This document shows positions 28,852 through 39,534 of a stretch of DNA of 64,000 nucleotides, in pieces (the first letter of the stretch is position 1; each line of letters opens with the position of its first letter). The translations under genes and the position numbers were made by a program. The DNA lies in assembly GCA_035532215.1 (NCBI GenBank), contig DATKRK010000359.1:5198-69197 (forward strand), in the 5' to 3' direction. Source of the DNA: Pirellulales bacterium (GTDB taxonomy: Bacteria; Planctomycetota; Planctomycetia; Pirellulales; JAICIG01). Under the pieces are notes generated by a model. That model had not been told where the DNA came from, made no database searches, and saw only the letters and a list, made by a program, of their open reading frames with translations.

Positions 28852-29664
28852 TCAGGAGAAATATCGCACGGCATTGCGAAAAACTCGCAAGCCGTCTCCC
28901 TCTTCGGCAAGCGGCCCGCGCGTCCAGCGAGGATGCTGCGTGGGATCGATATGCCGCTCGGGGTGCGGCATCAGCCCGCAGACGCGACCGGTCGCATCGC
29001 ACACGCCCGCCACGTCGGCCATCGCGCCGTTGGGGTTGTCGGGATACGGCACGCCGCCCTGCGAATGGCCGCCGTCGAGCGGCGCGTACTTCAGCGCGAG
29101 CTGGCCGGCGGCCTCTAACTCGGCCAACACCCGCTGGTCGCGGGCGACGAACCGGCCTTCGGCGTGAGCGACCGGCAGATACATCGATTCGATGCCCGCG
29201 AAGAATACGCACTTGTCGCTCGACACGCGCAAGCGAACCCAGCGATCTTCGAACTTGCCCGAAGCGTTGCCGGTAAGCGTGGCCGGAGGGCTCAAGTCTT
29301 GCGGGGGCGTGGAAGGTCGCCCGAGATCGGCCGCCGTCTCCAGCAAAATGCCCGATTTGGTCAGGATCTGAAAACCGTTGCAGATGCCCAGCACCAGCTT
29401 GCCGGCCGCCTTGAACTCGTGCAGCCAGTCGAACAGATGGTGGCGAATCTGGTTGCCCAGGATCCGGCCGGCGCCCAGATCGTCGCCGTAGCTGAAGCCG
29501 CCGGGCAGGCAGAGAATCTGGAACTCGCGGAGCAGGCCGGAGTTTTCCAGCAGGCGATTGATGTGCAGCCGCTCAGCGAGGGCGCCGGCGCACTGGAACG
29601 CAAAGGCGCTTTCGACGTCGCAGTTCGTTCCAGGGGCTCGCAGGATCAGGGCGCGAGGAGGCAT
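28852..29664 (-). CDS. purQ: phosphoribosylformylglycinamidine synthase, glutaminase subunit
   Basis: 'LILRAPGTNCDVE', the nucleophile block 'LVLGICNGFQIL' and 'PHPER' are PurQ/class-I amidotransferase motifs. Confidence 0.94.
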   Translation of the reverse strand: MPPRALILRAPGTNCDVESAFAFQCAGALAERLHINRLLENSGLLREFQILCLPGGFSYGDDLGAGRILGNQIRHHLFDWLHEFKAAGKLVLGICNGFQILTKSGILLETAADLGRPSTPPQDLSPPATLTGNASGKFEDRWVRLRVSSDKCVFFAGIESMYLPVAHAEGRFVARDQRVLAELEAAGQLALKYAPLDGGHSQGGVPYPDNPNGAMADVAGVCDATGRVCGLMPHPERHIDPTQHPRWTRGPLAEEGDGLRVFRNAVRYFS

Positions 29665-29713
29665 GAGAAAAACGAGAGATAAAGGATGTGGGATAAAAAG
29701 GACGAGCGAGCGA

Positions 29714-32632
29714 TTACCATTTCAGCGGAGCCTGCCAGGCGGACTTCAGGGCGGCGATATCGGCGGAGATCAAAGGCTGTCCGCCGTACAGCGTTTCCAG
29801 CTTGCCGTGGTCGACAACCTGGCCGATGCGGGCCCACGGCGCCTCGCCGCCGAGTTTCGCTTCGAAATCGGCGGCGTGCTCCGGCGAAACTTCGCACAGG
29901 AAACGCGTGTTCGATTCGCTGAACAGCAGCGCGGCGGGATGTTGCGCCCCGTCGCCGCATACGACTCGTTCGAGTTCGATCCTCGCGCCCAGCCCGCCGG
30001 CGAAGGCCATTTCTGCGGCCGCAACGGCCAGTCCGCCTTCGCTCAGGTCGTGGCAGGCCCGCACCAATCCGGCGTCGATCGCCGAGTGCAAAGCCGCAAA
30101 CGTGCGATTGGCCTGCGCGGCGTCGACTCGCGGCGCCTGCCCGCCTTCGAGGCCTTCGACCAGCGCGAAGTGCGAGCCGCCGAGTTCGTCGTGCGTGGCG
30201 CCGACTTGATAGAGCAGATTGCCCGGCTCTTTCAGGTCCATCGTGACCGAGCGCCGCACGTCGGCGACCTGGCCGATGGCGCTAATCAACAGCGAAGGCG
30301 GAATGGCGATCGTTTGCTTTTGGCCCTGCTCGTCGGCATAGCGAAATTCGTTGTTCAGACTGTCCTTGCCGCTGATGAAAGGCGTGCCCAGGGCGACCGC
30401 CACGTCGCGGCAAGCCAACGCCGCCCGCACCAGCGAACCGAGCGTTTCCGGTCGATCGGTGTCGCCCCAGCAGAAGTTGTCGAGGATCGCGATGCGTCGC
30501 GGATCGGCGCCGACGGCCACGCAATTGCGCACCGCTTCGTCGATGGCGCTGGCCGCCATGTCGTAAACGTCGAAATCGCCATAACGAGGATTCATGCCGC
30601 AGGCCAGCACGATGCCGCGGCGCGAACCGAGCACCGGGCGGACGACCGCGGCGTCGCTCGGTCCGTCGTTCGCGGCGCCGACCAGCGGCTTGACGACGCT
30701 GCCGCCTTGCACCTCGTGATCGTATTGGCGGATGACCCACTCTTTGCTGGCGACGTTGAGCGAACGTAGGATGCCGAACAACGTATCGGCGTAGTCTCGG
30801 CCTGGCGCCGGCGCCGCCAGCAGTTTGCCACCCGGAGGCTCGTAAACCGCTTCGCGCACGACAGGCGGGCGGCCGCCGTGCAGGAATTCCATCGCCAAAT
30901 CGGCGACTTCGCGGCCTTCGTACAACAGCCGCAGGCGGCCGGTGGGCGCGAAGCCGCCGATGATCGTGGCTTCCACGCCTTCGCTGGCACACAGCGCCTC
31001 GAATTCCTGCCACGTTTCGGGCGGCACGGAAAGGATCATCCGCTCCTGGGCTTCGGAAATCCACATTTCGGTGTACGAGAGGCCTGCGTACTTCAGCGGG
31101 ATTCGCTCGAGCCAGACCTCGGCGCCGATGTGCTCGCCCATCTCGCCGACGGCGCTGGAAAAGCCGCCGGCGCCGCAATCGGTGATGGCGTGATACAAGC
31201 CGCGGTCGCGAGCGGCGAGGATCACGTCCAACAGCATCTTCTCGGTGATCGCGTTGCCGATTTGCACCGCGCCGCCGGAAAGTTTTTCGCTTTCGCTGGT
31301 CAGTTCAGCCGAGCTGAACGTGGCGCCGTGAATGCCGTCGCGGCCGGTGCGGCCGCCGACCGCCACGATGTGATCGCCCGCCTGCGGCGCCTTGCGAGCG
31401 CGATCGACCGGCAGCAAGCCGGCCGTGCCGCAATAGACCAGCGGATTGCCGAGATAACGCGGGTCGAAGTAAATCGCCCCATTGACGGTCGGAATGCCCA
31501 TCCGGTTGCCGTAATCGCGCACGCCCGACACCACGCCCTTCATCACGCGCTTCGGGTGCAGCACGCCGGGCGGCAAGCGATCGGCCGGCGTGTCGGGCGG
31601 CGCGAAGCAAAACACGTCGGTATTGCAAACGGGCCGGGCGCCCAGGCCGGTGCCCAAGGGATCGCGAATCACGCCGCCGATGCCCGTGTTGGCGCCGCCG
31701 TAGGGCTCCAAGGCCGAGGGGTGGTTGTGCGTCTCGACTTTGAACACCAGGTGGAACTGGTCGTCGAAGCGGACCACCCCGGCGTTGTCTTCGAACACGC
31801 TGACGCACCAATCGTCGGGCCCCAATTGGCGGCGAATTTCCTGCGTGGCGGCGAAGATCGTTTCCTTGAGCAGGTTATTGAATTGCTGCTCGCCGCGTTC
31901 GTCGCGGTAGCGAATGCGGCCAGCCAGCGTCTTGTGGCTGCAATGCTCGCTCCAGGTTTGTGCGATCGTCTCCAGTTCGGCGTCGGTCGGGTCGCGGCCG
32001 AGCGAGCGAAAGTAATCGCGGATAGTCCGCATCTCGGCGAGCTTCAGATAGAGTTGGCCTTCGCGGCTGAGCCGTTCGAGCGCCGCGTCGTCCAAATCGC
32101 GAATCGGCGCCGAGAGCAGCTTGAACTCGTACGGCGCGCCGAACTCCAGCCGGTCGAGCTTGAGCGGCCCGACGACGACTTGCTCGATGGCGTCGTTCGC
32201 CAGCACCTTGCTGCACAGCGCCGGCAGCTTGTCTTCCGGCAGATTGCCCAGCCAGTATTTTCGCAGCGTGCGGACGGCCTCGGCTTGGAGATCGAAGTCG
32301 GCGATCGCGGCCACGGCGCTTTGAGCGACCGGATCCATCACGCCGGGCTTGGGCAAGACGTGAACCACGCGCGGCTGGCCGCTGGGCGGCTGTTCGAGCG
32401 CCGCATCGCCGGCCGGCGCCACGAGGAACCGCTCGACCACCTCGTCGGCCAATAGCTCGCGCGCCAGGCGTTCGACCTGCGGGCGATCGAAGCGGCCTTG
32501 AATCAAATATCCGCGCGCCACGGCGACCTTTAGGCCTGCGGCCAGTCCCAAATCGGCGGCATCGGCGGCGACTCGCAAGGCGTCGGGGTCAGGCTGTCCG
32601 GCGGCCGGGTAGATGTCAACTTCCCACAGCAT
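29714..32632 (-). CDS. purL: phosphoribosylformylglycinamidine synthase PurL fused to two N-terminal PurS-like modules
   Basis: 972 aa. The PurL core contains '[10 protein letters not shown]', '[21 protein letters not shown]' and '[17 protein letters not shown]'. Residues ~1-170 contain two PurS-like units; the second is '[18 protein letters not shown]...[12 protein letters not shown]'. Confidence 0.94.
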   Translation of the reverse strand: MLWEVDIYPAAGQPDPDALRVAADAADLGLAAGLKVAVARGYLIQGRFDRPQVERLARELLADEVVERFLVAPAGDAALEQPPSGQPRVVHVLPKPGVMDPVAQSAVAAIADFDLQAEAVRTLRKYWLGNLPEDKLPALCSKVLANDAIEQVVVGPLKLDRLEFGAPYEFKLLSAPIRDLDDAALERLSREGQLYLKLAEMRTIRDYFRSLGRDPTDAELETIAQTWSEHCSHKTLAGRIRYRDERGEQQFNNLLKETIFAATQEIRRQLGPDDWCVSVFEDNAGVVRFDDQFHLVFKVETHNHPSALEPYGGANTGIGGVIRDPLGTGLGARPVCNTDVFCFAPPDTPADRLPPGVLHPKRVMKGVVSGVRDYGNRMGIPTVNGAIYFDPRYLGNPLVYCGTAGLLPVDRARKAPQAGDHIVAVGGRTGRDGIHGATFSSAELTSESEKLSGGAVQIGNAITEKMLLDVILAARDRGLYHAITDCGAGGFSSAVGEMGEHIGAEVWLERIPLKYAGLSYTEMWISEAQERMILSVPPETWQEFEALCASEGVEATIIGGFAPTGRLRLLYEGREVADLAMEFLHGGRPPVVREAVYEPPGGKLLAAPAPGRDYADTLFGILRSLNVASKEWVIRQYDHEVQGGSVVKPLVGAANDGPSDAAVVRPVLGSRRGIVLACGMNPRYGDFDVYDMAASAIDEAVRNCVAVGADPRRIAILDNFCWGDTDRPETLGSLVRAALACRDVAVALGTPFISGKDSLNNEFRYADEQGQKQTIAIPPSLLISAIGQVADVRRSVTMDLKEPGNLLYQVGATHDELGGSHFALVEGLEGGQAPRVDAAQANRTFAALHSAIDAGLVRACHDLSEGGLAVAAAEMAFAGGLGARIELERVVCGDGAQHPAALLFSESNTRFLCEVSPEHAADFEAKLGGEAPWARIGQVVDHGKLETLYGGQPLISADIAALKSAWQAPLKW

Positions 32633-33461
32633 CTCGTTTGCGCTTTGCCTCTAAGAGGATCTCGGTCAGTTTCTTTCCGTCGCCGCGCTCCAGCGCACGG
32701 CGCAAGGCGCCGAGAGTCTTTTCGTACCGGGCCAGCGCCTTGAGCACGTGCGAGCGGTTGCTCTCGAAAATTTGCCGCCAGAGTTCGGCGTCGCCCGCGG
32801 CCACGCGCGTGGTGTCGAGCCAGCCGCTGGCGACCCAGGGCAAATCGGCCTCAAGCGTCGCGGCCGCCAGGGCCGAAGCGGCCAGGTGCGGCAGATGGCT
32901 GGCGCCCGCGAGAATCCGGTCGTGCGTGGCGGCCGGCATGCTCACGACGTTCGCCCCCAAGCTGGTCCAAAAGTCGGCCAGTCCGGCCAGGTCGGCAGGC
33001 CGAGTCGATTTCGTGGGCGTAATCACGACGGTCCGGCCGACAAACAGATCGGCCACGGCGGCCCCAGGCCCGTTCTTTTCGCTTCCGGCCAGGGGATGGC
33101 TGCCGACGAAATGCGCCTGGCCGTTCAGGTGGCCGTCCAGCGCGGCGATGATCTCGGCTTTCGTGCTGCCCGCGTCGGTAATCAAGCAATCGGCTTGCGC
33201 CGCGCTGGCGGCGGCCAATACGTCGTCGACGATCCGGCCGACGGGCGTGCATACCACGACCAATTCCGCATGGGCCGCGCCTTTGGCTAAATCGAGCGTA
33301 GTCGCCGTCACGGCGCCCATTCGCTTCGCCGTCCGCAGGCTGCCCGCGCGGCGGCCGATGCCGACGACATTTCGGGCCAAGCCGCGATCGCGCAGGGCCA
33401 AGCCGATCGAGCCGCCGATCAGGCCCACGCCGACAATGGCCACGGTGTCCCACTGCTTCAT
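32616..33461 (-). CDS. tyrA: prephenate/arogenate dehydrogenase
   Basis: Rossmann N-terminus '[17 protein letters not shown]', plus 'GSHPLAGSE' and '[13 protein letters not shown]', which are TyrA blocks. It overlaps the purL start by 17 bp. Confidence 0.92.
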   Translation of the reverse strand: MKQWDTVAIVGVGLIGGSIGLALRDRGLARNVVGIGRRAGSLRTAKRMGAVTATTLDLAKGAAHAELVVVCTPVGRIVDDVLAAASAAQADCLITDAGSTKAEIIAALDGHLNGQAHFVGSHPLAGSEKNGPGAAVADLFVGRTVVITPTKSTRPADLAGLADFWTSLGANVVSMPAATHDRILAGASHLPHLAASALAAATLEADLPWVASGWLDTTRVAAGDAELWRQIFESNRSHVLKALARYEKTLGALRRALERGDGKKLTEILLEAKRKRDAVGS

Positions 33462-34261
33462 CGATCGCCCGTCAGTACCTTTCCTGCGATGTCGCCGAAC
33501 CCTAAGCTCGCGGGTGCAGAAAGAGAAAGGGCGATTATAGCAAACCGGGGAAAGGTTGTCTGGGGGCCGCCGCGGCGAGTGGCGGCCTAAGAGTGTGTTG
33601 CCGGACTTCAGGGGCGCGCGGCTTGCTTTGCCGCCACACTAAGTCTTCTCCGTACGTCCAAGCGGCGAAGAAGGAACCGGGCACAGCGCAGCCAGCATAG
33701 ATTAGCATACGTGCGTTGAATGAGCACAATAGCGGCATTGGCATCGAACAGCTCCAGCGAGTCGCTCTCGCCTTTTCGCCCAGGATCTTTCCCAGGCGCG
33801 TCATCCGCCGACTTGTGATGTTGCGTACAGCTCTTTACCACGGTGGACAGCGATTGGCCATGATCGGGTGATTTCGGACAGCTTGGAACGCCATGCAGGG
33901 GGCTTCCATTGCCTGCAATCTGCAAGTCGTGGCCTTGCGAGCGGGCCGGGTCCATCTTCGCCCTTCAGGCGCCCCGACTCTCAGTTGGCGCATGGCTTTG
34001 CTCCAACGACGCCTCGTCTCGGTCGGTCCGCTTTGCTCCAAACGTCGCGTCGTAAAGTGCATGTGAGCGGCCGATTAGCTTGCTTTTTCGTTAACTCCAT
34101 GAAGGCCTCGCCTTGTGGTACGCCCCTTGCATAAACCTCACGAAAACTTCATGGCGGGAAGGGCCTACGTTTGGCGAATCGTCCATGGCTCGCGTTTCCG
34201 TCGCCTATCGTCAGGCCGAGTTAGGCCCGGAAGATTTCAACCGAGTTTTGCAAGCATCCCC

Positions 34262-34729
34262 ATGAGACCTAAAGGAAAACCTGCCGATTTAGAGGCCCGC
34301 CGCCTTGAGGCAATCGACCTATTGTCCACGGGCAAGAAGCCCGCTGAAGTCGCGAAAATCGTGGGCGCCTCGGCGTCTTCCGTGAAGCGTTGGAAAGACG
34401 CCCTGTCGCAAGGGGGCCGAGAAGCGTTGCGCGCCAAGCGACATCCCGGCCGGCGACCGCGCATGACCGCCGAGCAAAAATCGCAATTGCTGGCTTGGCT
34501 CGCCGCCGGACCTCGCACGGCGGGTTATCCGACCGAGGGATGGACTTCGCCTCAGGTCCGAGATCTGATTCAAAAGCGCTTCGGCATCGCGTTTCACGTG
34601 GGATATGTCTGGCAAATCTTGCGAGACATGGGCTGGAGTCGGCCGGCGAACGGCAAGCACGTCGCGTCCGCGGCGCCCATGAGTCTCTCGGCCGAGGCGG
34701 CTGGGACTTTCGAGAGCGATTGCGCTTGA
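34262..34729 (+). pseudogene. IS630-family transposase, N-terminal HTH/winged-helix part only (no DDE domain)
   Basis: 'LSTGKKPAEVAKIVGASASSVKRWKDA' (HTH) and 'RMTAEQKSQLLAWLAAGPRTAGYPTEGWTSPQVRDLIQKRFGIAFHVGYVWQILRDMGWS' are typical of the IS630 N-terminus. The ORF ends shortly after. No DDE-encoding sequence follows, because the next gene starts at 34924 on the other strand. Confidence 0.7.
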
Positions 34730-34789
34730 AGAATTGCGAGTGAAGACCAGACCGGCTGCGAAACGCCGCTTGGCGCCGCTGTGCGGTGG

Positions 34790-34837
34790 GGCGGCCTGCC
34801 AGGCCGTCATCGGCGATCGACGGCTTGGCAGGCCGCC
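34790..34837. repeat. hairpin 'ggcggcctgccaggccgtc' (half-site also at 45411..45432)
   Basis: The arms at 34790-34808 and 34819-34837 have one mismatch. The loop is 'atcggcgatc'. Confidence 0.8.
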
Positions 34838-34923
34838 TTACAAATTGTCGACCTAGAGAAGGCCGCGCGACAAGCTGTTTAATGTGTCGTTGGCGCTCGC
34901 GGGTAATCGACTTCGCCTGCCCG

Positions 34924-36066
34924 TCACTTCGCGCCGTTGCCGCCGGCGTCGTAGTCGTACATGCGATAGGTTTTGTATCGCTGGGCGCCCCCCTTTTCCA
35001 AGCCCAGCACGGCCATCGTGTTGTCTTCGGAGACCCAGGAAAACTCGGCCTCTTCGATGCCGATTTCGAGCGCCTTGGGCACCAGGCTGCGCATCAATAC
35101 CAGCCCCAAACCCCAGCGCTGATACTCGGGCACGACATTGATGCTTAGCACGCGAATCCGCTTCATTCCCTGGCGGTTTTTCAGCAAGTGAATGAAGCCG
35201 AAGGGAAACAACCGCCCGTTGATGTCGCGAATCCGCGGATTGTAATCGGGCAAGCCGATGATCGCTCCCACGCCCTGCCCGTCGACTTCGGCGATCAATG
35301 TCAACTCGGGCACTAGCAGGTGCTTGAGCGACTTGGCCAGCATTTTCAGTTCGGCCGCCGGCAGCGGCACGAAGCCCCACATGGCGATCAGCGAGCGATT
35401 GTAAAGATCGAGAAACAGCTCCACGTCCTGCTTGAAGCGGCGCGGGTTCAACGGACGGACGACGGCCTGGCAGCGTTCTTGAGCTTGCGAGGCCAGCGAG
35501 CCAAGCTGGCTTTCGACCTTCGGCAACTGGGCGCGGTAGCCGATGAAGGCCAGCAAGTCGTGCGTCTTGCGAAAGCCGTAATTTTCGAACAATTCGGCGT
35601 AGTACGGCGGGTTGTAGGTCATCATGAACGTCGGCGGGCTGTCGAAGCCTTCGATCAACAAGCCGCACTCGTAGTTCATCGAGGGATTCGCCGGCCCGCG
35701 AATTTGCGTGATCCCGCGCTGGCCCAGCCAATCGCGCGCCGCATCGAACAGTGCGTCGGCCACGCGCTGATCGTTGACCGCCTCGAAAAAGCCGAAAAAG
35801 CCGCGCTGCTCTTGAAACACGCGGTTGTGCTCGCGGTTCACGATCGCCGCAATCCGCCCGCAAACTTCCCCGTTGCACCAGGCCAGAAACGTCTGCACTG
35901 CGGCGTTGTCGTAAAACGGATGCCGCGTGTAGCCGAGCAATTCGCGCTGGTTGATCCGCAACGGCGGCATCCAGTTCGGGTCGTCGCGGTAAAGCGTCCA
36001 CGCCAGATCGATGAACTTGCGACGGTCAAACCAGGAAGTGACGGGTTTGACGATAAGTTCCGACAT
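34924..36066 (-). CDS. GNAT-family N-acetyltransferase-like protein (two-domain, unknown substrate)
   Basis: 380 aa from the ATG at 36066. 'NGEVCGRIAAIVN...QRGFFGFFE' and 'PEYQRWGLGLVLM' are acetyl-CoA-binding-like blocks. Confidence 0.8.
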   Translation of the reverse strand: MSELIVKPVTSWFDRRKFIDLAWTLYRDDPNWMPPLRINQRELLGYTRHPFYDNAAVQTFLAWCNGEVCGRIAAIVNREHNRVFQEQRGFFGFFEAVNDQRVADALFDAARDWLGQRGITQIRGPANPSMNYECGLLIEGFDSPPTFMMTYNPPYYAELFENYGFRKTHDLLAFIGYRAQLPKVESQLGSLASQAQERCQAVVRPLNPRRFKQDVELFLDLYNRSLIAMWGFVPLPAAELKMLAKSLKHLLVPELTLIAEVDGQGVGAIIGLPDYNPRIRDINGRLFPFGFIHLLKNRQGMKRIRVLSINVVPEYQRWGLGLVLMRSLVPKALEIGIEEAEFSWVSEDNTMAVLGLEKGGAQRYKTYRMYDYDAGGNGAK

Positions 36067-36203
36067 AGGGGCGCTCGCCGACCTCGCTGCATTTGACGCA
36101 GATTGCCGAGTTTGTCTTTTTTGCTTAGTTTGGTTCAAGGTTGACAGCATTGCAAGCCGTGCCGCGAACCTGGATTATTCGTTCGCCCAGGGAGTGCTCG
36201 ACA

Positions 36204-36267
36204 CTAAGGCGAAGCGTTAGCGAGGTGTAATGAGGTTGCCCTACCTCGCTTACGCTTCGAGTTTGGT
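36204..36267. repeat. diverged copy of the 'aagcg(t)tagcgagg' hairpin family
   Basis: 'ctaaggcgaagcgttagcgaggt' (36204-36226) pairs with 'acctcgcttacgcttcgagtttgg' (36243-36266). Confidence 0.7.
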
Positions 36268-36472
36268 ATCGGCCTGACGAACGATCCGGGCTAGACGGGC
36301 GGCCGCAATCGCGCCTCCATCGGTGGGGTGTCTCGGCCAAGCGATTTAGCTGACGCCAAAACCGCCGGCCGCGGAGGGAAACGGGGGTAACTTCTGGGAA
36401 GATGCCAATTCTAGTATCGGCGATTGGCGCCAACGGTTTGCAACGACAATTTCCAGCATCTTCGCTAAAAAC

Positions 36473-38263
36473 TCACAACAGGCTTTCCAGCTCTTCCACC
36501 AGCCGGCCGAAATGAGCCAGCGCGGTATCGACGGCGGCCGGTTTCTCCATGTCGACGCCGGCGTCGCGCAGCAAATCGAGCGGATCTTTCGAACAGCCGC
36601 CTTTGAGAAAGGTCAGGTAGTCGCTCAATTCGCGCTCTCCGCCCGAGACGACCCGTTCGGCCAGCGCGATCGCGGCCGACAGCCCGGTGGCGTATTTGTA
36701 GACGTAGAATGCCCGGTAGAAATGCGGAATGCGAAAGCATTCCAGGGAGAGCTGTTCGTCGAGCATGAAGTGCGGGCCGAAATAACGCTCGAGCAACTCG
36801 CGATAAACCTGCTTGAAGCGATCGAGCGTCAGCGGTTCGTCGCGCTCGGCCAGTTCGTGCGTCAGCTTTTCGAATTCGGCGAACATCGTCTGCCGCAAGA
36901 TCGTGGCCCGAATGGAATCGATCTCGCGATTGATCAGGAAGGCCCGCTCGCGCTTGTCCTTGGCCCGCGCCATCAGGCGTTTGCTCAGCAGTTGCTCGTT
37001 GAACGTGCTGGCCACCTCGGCCACGAAGATGGTGTAGTTGTAATACTGATACGGCTGGTTGCGGGCCGAGTAATACGAGTGCATCGAGTGGCCGGCTTCG
37101 TGCGCCAGCGTGAACACGTGATCGAGCACGGCGCTTTGGTAATTCATCAAGATGTATGGATCGCCGTCGAACGAGCCGCAACTGAAGGCGCCGCTCTGTT
37201 TGCCTTGGTTCTCGTAGCGGTCGCACCAGCGGCCTTTTAAACCGGCGGCCAGCGCACCGCAATACTCGTCGCCCAGCGGCGCCAGCGCGTCGACGACGAC
37301 CTGGCAGGCCTCGTTCCAGGAATGCCTGGTTTCCAGCTCGCTGAGAATCGGCACGTAGGTGTCGTAGTGATGAATCTCCTTGAGCTTCATCTTCCGCCGG
37401 CGGAGTTCGTAGTAGCGATAGAGCGCCGGCAGATGACGATGCACGGAACCGATCAGATTGTCGTAGACCGAGGCGGGCGCCTGATCGGGGAACAGCGCCG
37501 CCTCTCGCGAGCCGCCGAAGCCGCGGGCCCGGGCGTAAAACACGTCGCGCTGGATCGAGCCGGCGAGCGTGGCGGCCAGCGTGTTTTCGTGCGCGGCGAA
37601 CTGCCGATAATATTGCTCGAACGCCGTTTTTCGCACCTTGCGATTGGGCGAGTGCAACAAAGCCGAAAACGAGGCATGGCTGAGTTCGACCTGCCGCCCC
37701 TGATCGTCTTCGATCGCGCCGAACTTCAGATCGGCGTTGTTCAATTGCCGGAAGATTTGCCCCGCCGAGGCGGCCACCTCGCTCTGCATCGCCAGCAGTT
37801 TTTCTTCGCGCTCGCTAAGCGTGTGCGGCCGGTCGCGCAGCAAACGTTCCAGCGACAGGCGATACGGCGCCAATTCCTTCGCCGCCATGAATTTCTTCAT
37901 CTTGGCGGGCGAAATCGCGAGAATCTCGGGCCGGATGAAGCTCGCCGCCTGGGCGGCCCGGCTCGAGGCATTGCGGTGCATGCCGAGCATCCGCTGAGCG
38001 GCGCCGCTACTCGTATCTTCCGCTGACCGCAGAAACGCATAGGTTCCGACGCGTTCGCCCGCCCGATCGAAGTCGTTGTCGAATTTCAGACACGCGGCCA
38101 GCGTTTTCGACGATTCGCCCAGCTTGCCGCGAAATTTCTCGAAGCCGCCGATCCGTTTCTCCCAGTTCTTGAACGCGGCCTCCCAGGCCTCGTCGTTTTC
38201 GCACAGGCTGGCGAGGTCCCAGGTATCGGCGGTTTTGACTTGACTGCGTTTGGGGAGGTGCAT
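36473..38263 (-). CDS. pepF: oligoendopeptidase F (M3B family)
   Basis: 596 aa with the zinc motif 'TLAHEAGHSMH' and overall PepF-like order. Confidence 0.93.
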   Translation of the reverse strand: MHLPKRSQVKTADTWDLASLCENDEAWEAAFKNWEKRIGGFEKFRGKLGESSKTLAACLKFDNDFDRAGERVGTYAFLRSAEDTSSGAAQRMLGMHRNASSRAAQAASFIRPEILAISPAKMKKFMAAKELAPYRLSLERLLRDRPHTLSEREEKLLAMQSEVAASAGQIFRQLNNADLKFGAIEDDQGRQVELSHASFSALLHSPNRKVRKTAFEQYYRQFAAHENTLAATLAGSIQRDVFYARARGFGGSREAALFPDQAPASVYDNLIGSVHRHLPALYRYYELRRRKMKLKEIHHYDTYVPILSELETRHSWNEACQVVVDALAPLGDEYCGALAAGLKGRWCDRYENQGKQSGAFSCGSFDGDPYILMNYQSAVLDHVFTLAHEAGHSMHSYYSARNQPYQYYNYTIFVAEVASTFNEQLLSKRLMARAKDKRERAFLINREIDSIRATILRQTMFAEFEKLTHELAERDEPLTLDRFKQVYRELLERYFGPHFMLDEQLSLECFRIPHFYRAFYVYKYATGLSAAIALAERVVSGGERELSDYLTFLKGGCSKDPLDLLRDAGVDMEKPAAVDTALAHFGRLVEELESLL

Positions 38264-38271
38264 GGCGGCTG

Positions 38272-38479
38272 GGGAGTAGACGGAAGGTAGTAGGTAGTAG
38301 GCGGTAGGTAGTAGGCGGTAGGCTGGGAAAAAATCCCCTCTCCCAAGGTGAGAGGGGGTTTAGGATAAGGCAGAACCGGCGTTCCGCCAAGCGGCTGGCA
38401 ACCGTAGCGATCCGTCTACCCGGCTGCAACCTCGGCAGGCATTCCCCCTCCTACCGTCTACTTCCTACCGCCTACCTCC
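38272..38479. repeat. 'gtaggcggtagg' tandem/inverted repeats around a 'cccctctc...gagagggg' hairpin
   Basis: The left cluster (38272-38323) holds tandem 'gtagtaggcggtagg'. The right cluster (38447-38479) is its complement ('cctaccgcctacc'). The central 8-bp hairpin is at 38335-38357. Confidence 0.8.
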
Positions 38480-39505
38480 TCACCAGCGCCATACCGCGGT
38501 GCCCCAGGCAAGGCCGGCGCCGAAGCCGCTGAGCAGCAGCCGGTCGCCCGGATGAATGCGGCCTTGGTCGAAGGCGTGGTCCAACGCCAAAGGGATGCTG
38601 CCGGCCGACGTGTTGCCGTAGCGATCGAGATCGACCATCACGCGGTTGCGGGGAATGCCCAGCACGTCGGTGGCGGTGTGGATGATGCGCAGGTTCGCCT
38701 GGTGCAACACGGCCAAGTCGATGTCGGTCGGTTTCATGCCGGCCGCGGCGAGCACGTCGGTGATCGATTCGTCGAGCAGCCGCACCGCCCAACGGAACAC
38801 AAACTGCCCGTCCATCTGCAGATATTGCAGGCCCTTGTCGAGCAAGCGGGCTTCGATCGGCTGCCGCGAACCGCCCATCGGCCGGCAAAGCAACGGAGCC
38901 CCCGAACCGTCGGCGCCGAGCGTGTAGGAAACGAGTCCCTGTTCGGCCTCGCCGCGGGCCAACAGTACCGCTCCGGCGCCATCGCCGAATAGCGGATAGG
39001 TGCGCTGATCTTGCGGATTCAAAATCCGCGAGTTGCAATCGGCGCCAATGACGAGCGCCAATTGGCTGCAGCCGGTCGAGACGAACTGCGCGGCCGTGAT
39101 CAGCGCATACATGAACCCCGCGCAGGCCGCCTGCATATCGACCGCTGGCGCCCGGATGCCGAGTTGGTCTTGCACCAGGCAGGCCGTGGCCGGAAACGGC
39201 ATGTCGGGCGTGAAGGTGCCGACCAGCACCAGGTCGACGTCCGCGGGCGTCACGCCGGCCCGCTCGATGGCCTTCCTTGCGGCGCGAACGGCCAGGTCGC
39301 TCGTGGCAATCTCGGGCGGAGCTTGCCGGCGCTCGCGGATGCCCGTTCGCTGCACGACCCAACCGGCATCGAAACCGAGCCGAGCCTGCAAGTCTTCGTT
39401 GGTGACGACCGCTTCGGGCACATAACTGCCCGTGGCGACGATCTGCACGCCGGTCAGACGCCGCATCGGCGCCGTGCTGTAGATGTTCTGTTTGCCTTGG
39501 CTCAT
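38480..39505 (-). CDS. fabH: 3-oxoacyl-ACP synthase III
   Basis: 'GSYVPEAVVTNEDL', the active-site block 'ACAGFMYAL', 'HQANLRII' and 'GNTSAGSIPLAL'. Confidence 0.95.
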   Translation of the reverse strand: MSQGKQNIYSTAPMRRLTGVQIVATGSYVPEAVVTNEDLQARLGFDAGWVVQRTGIRERRQAPPEIATSDLAVRAARKAIERAGVTPADVDLVLVGTFTPDMPFPATACLVQDQLGIRAPAVDMQAACAGFMYALITAAQFVSTGCSQLALVIGADCNSRILNPQDQRTYPLFGDGAGAVLLARGEAEQGLVSYTLGADGSGAPLLCRPMGGSRQPIEARLLDKGLQYLQMDGQFVFRWAVRLLDESITDVLAAAGMKPTDIDLAVLHQANLRIIHTATDVLGIPRNRVMVDLDRYGNTSAGSIPLALDHAFDQGRIHPGDRLLLSGFGAGLAWGTAVWRW

Positions 39506-39534
39506 CCAGATTCACTCAGCCGCGGCGCTTTTAT

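Noticed and set aside
33535-34134. Small ORFs (33535..33804 -, 33608..33955 -, 33835..34062 -, 33868..34134 +) in the gene-poor stretch upstream of the IS630 fragment
   Set aside because: No start context, motif or convincing composition. A vague 'LELFDANAAIVLIQ' (PIN-like?) string is too short and too frame-broken to call.
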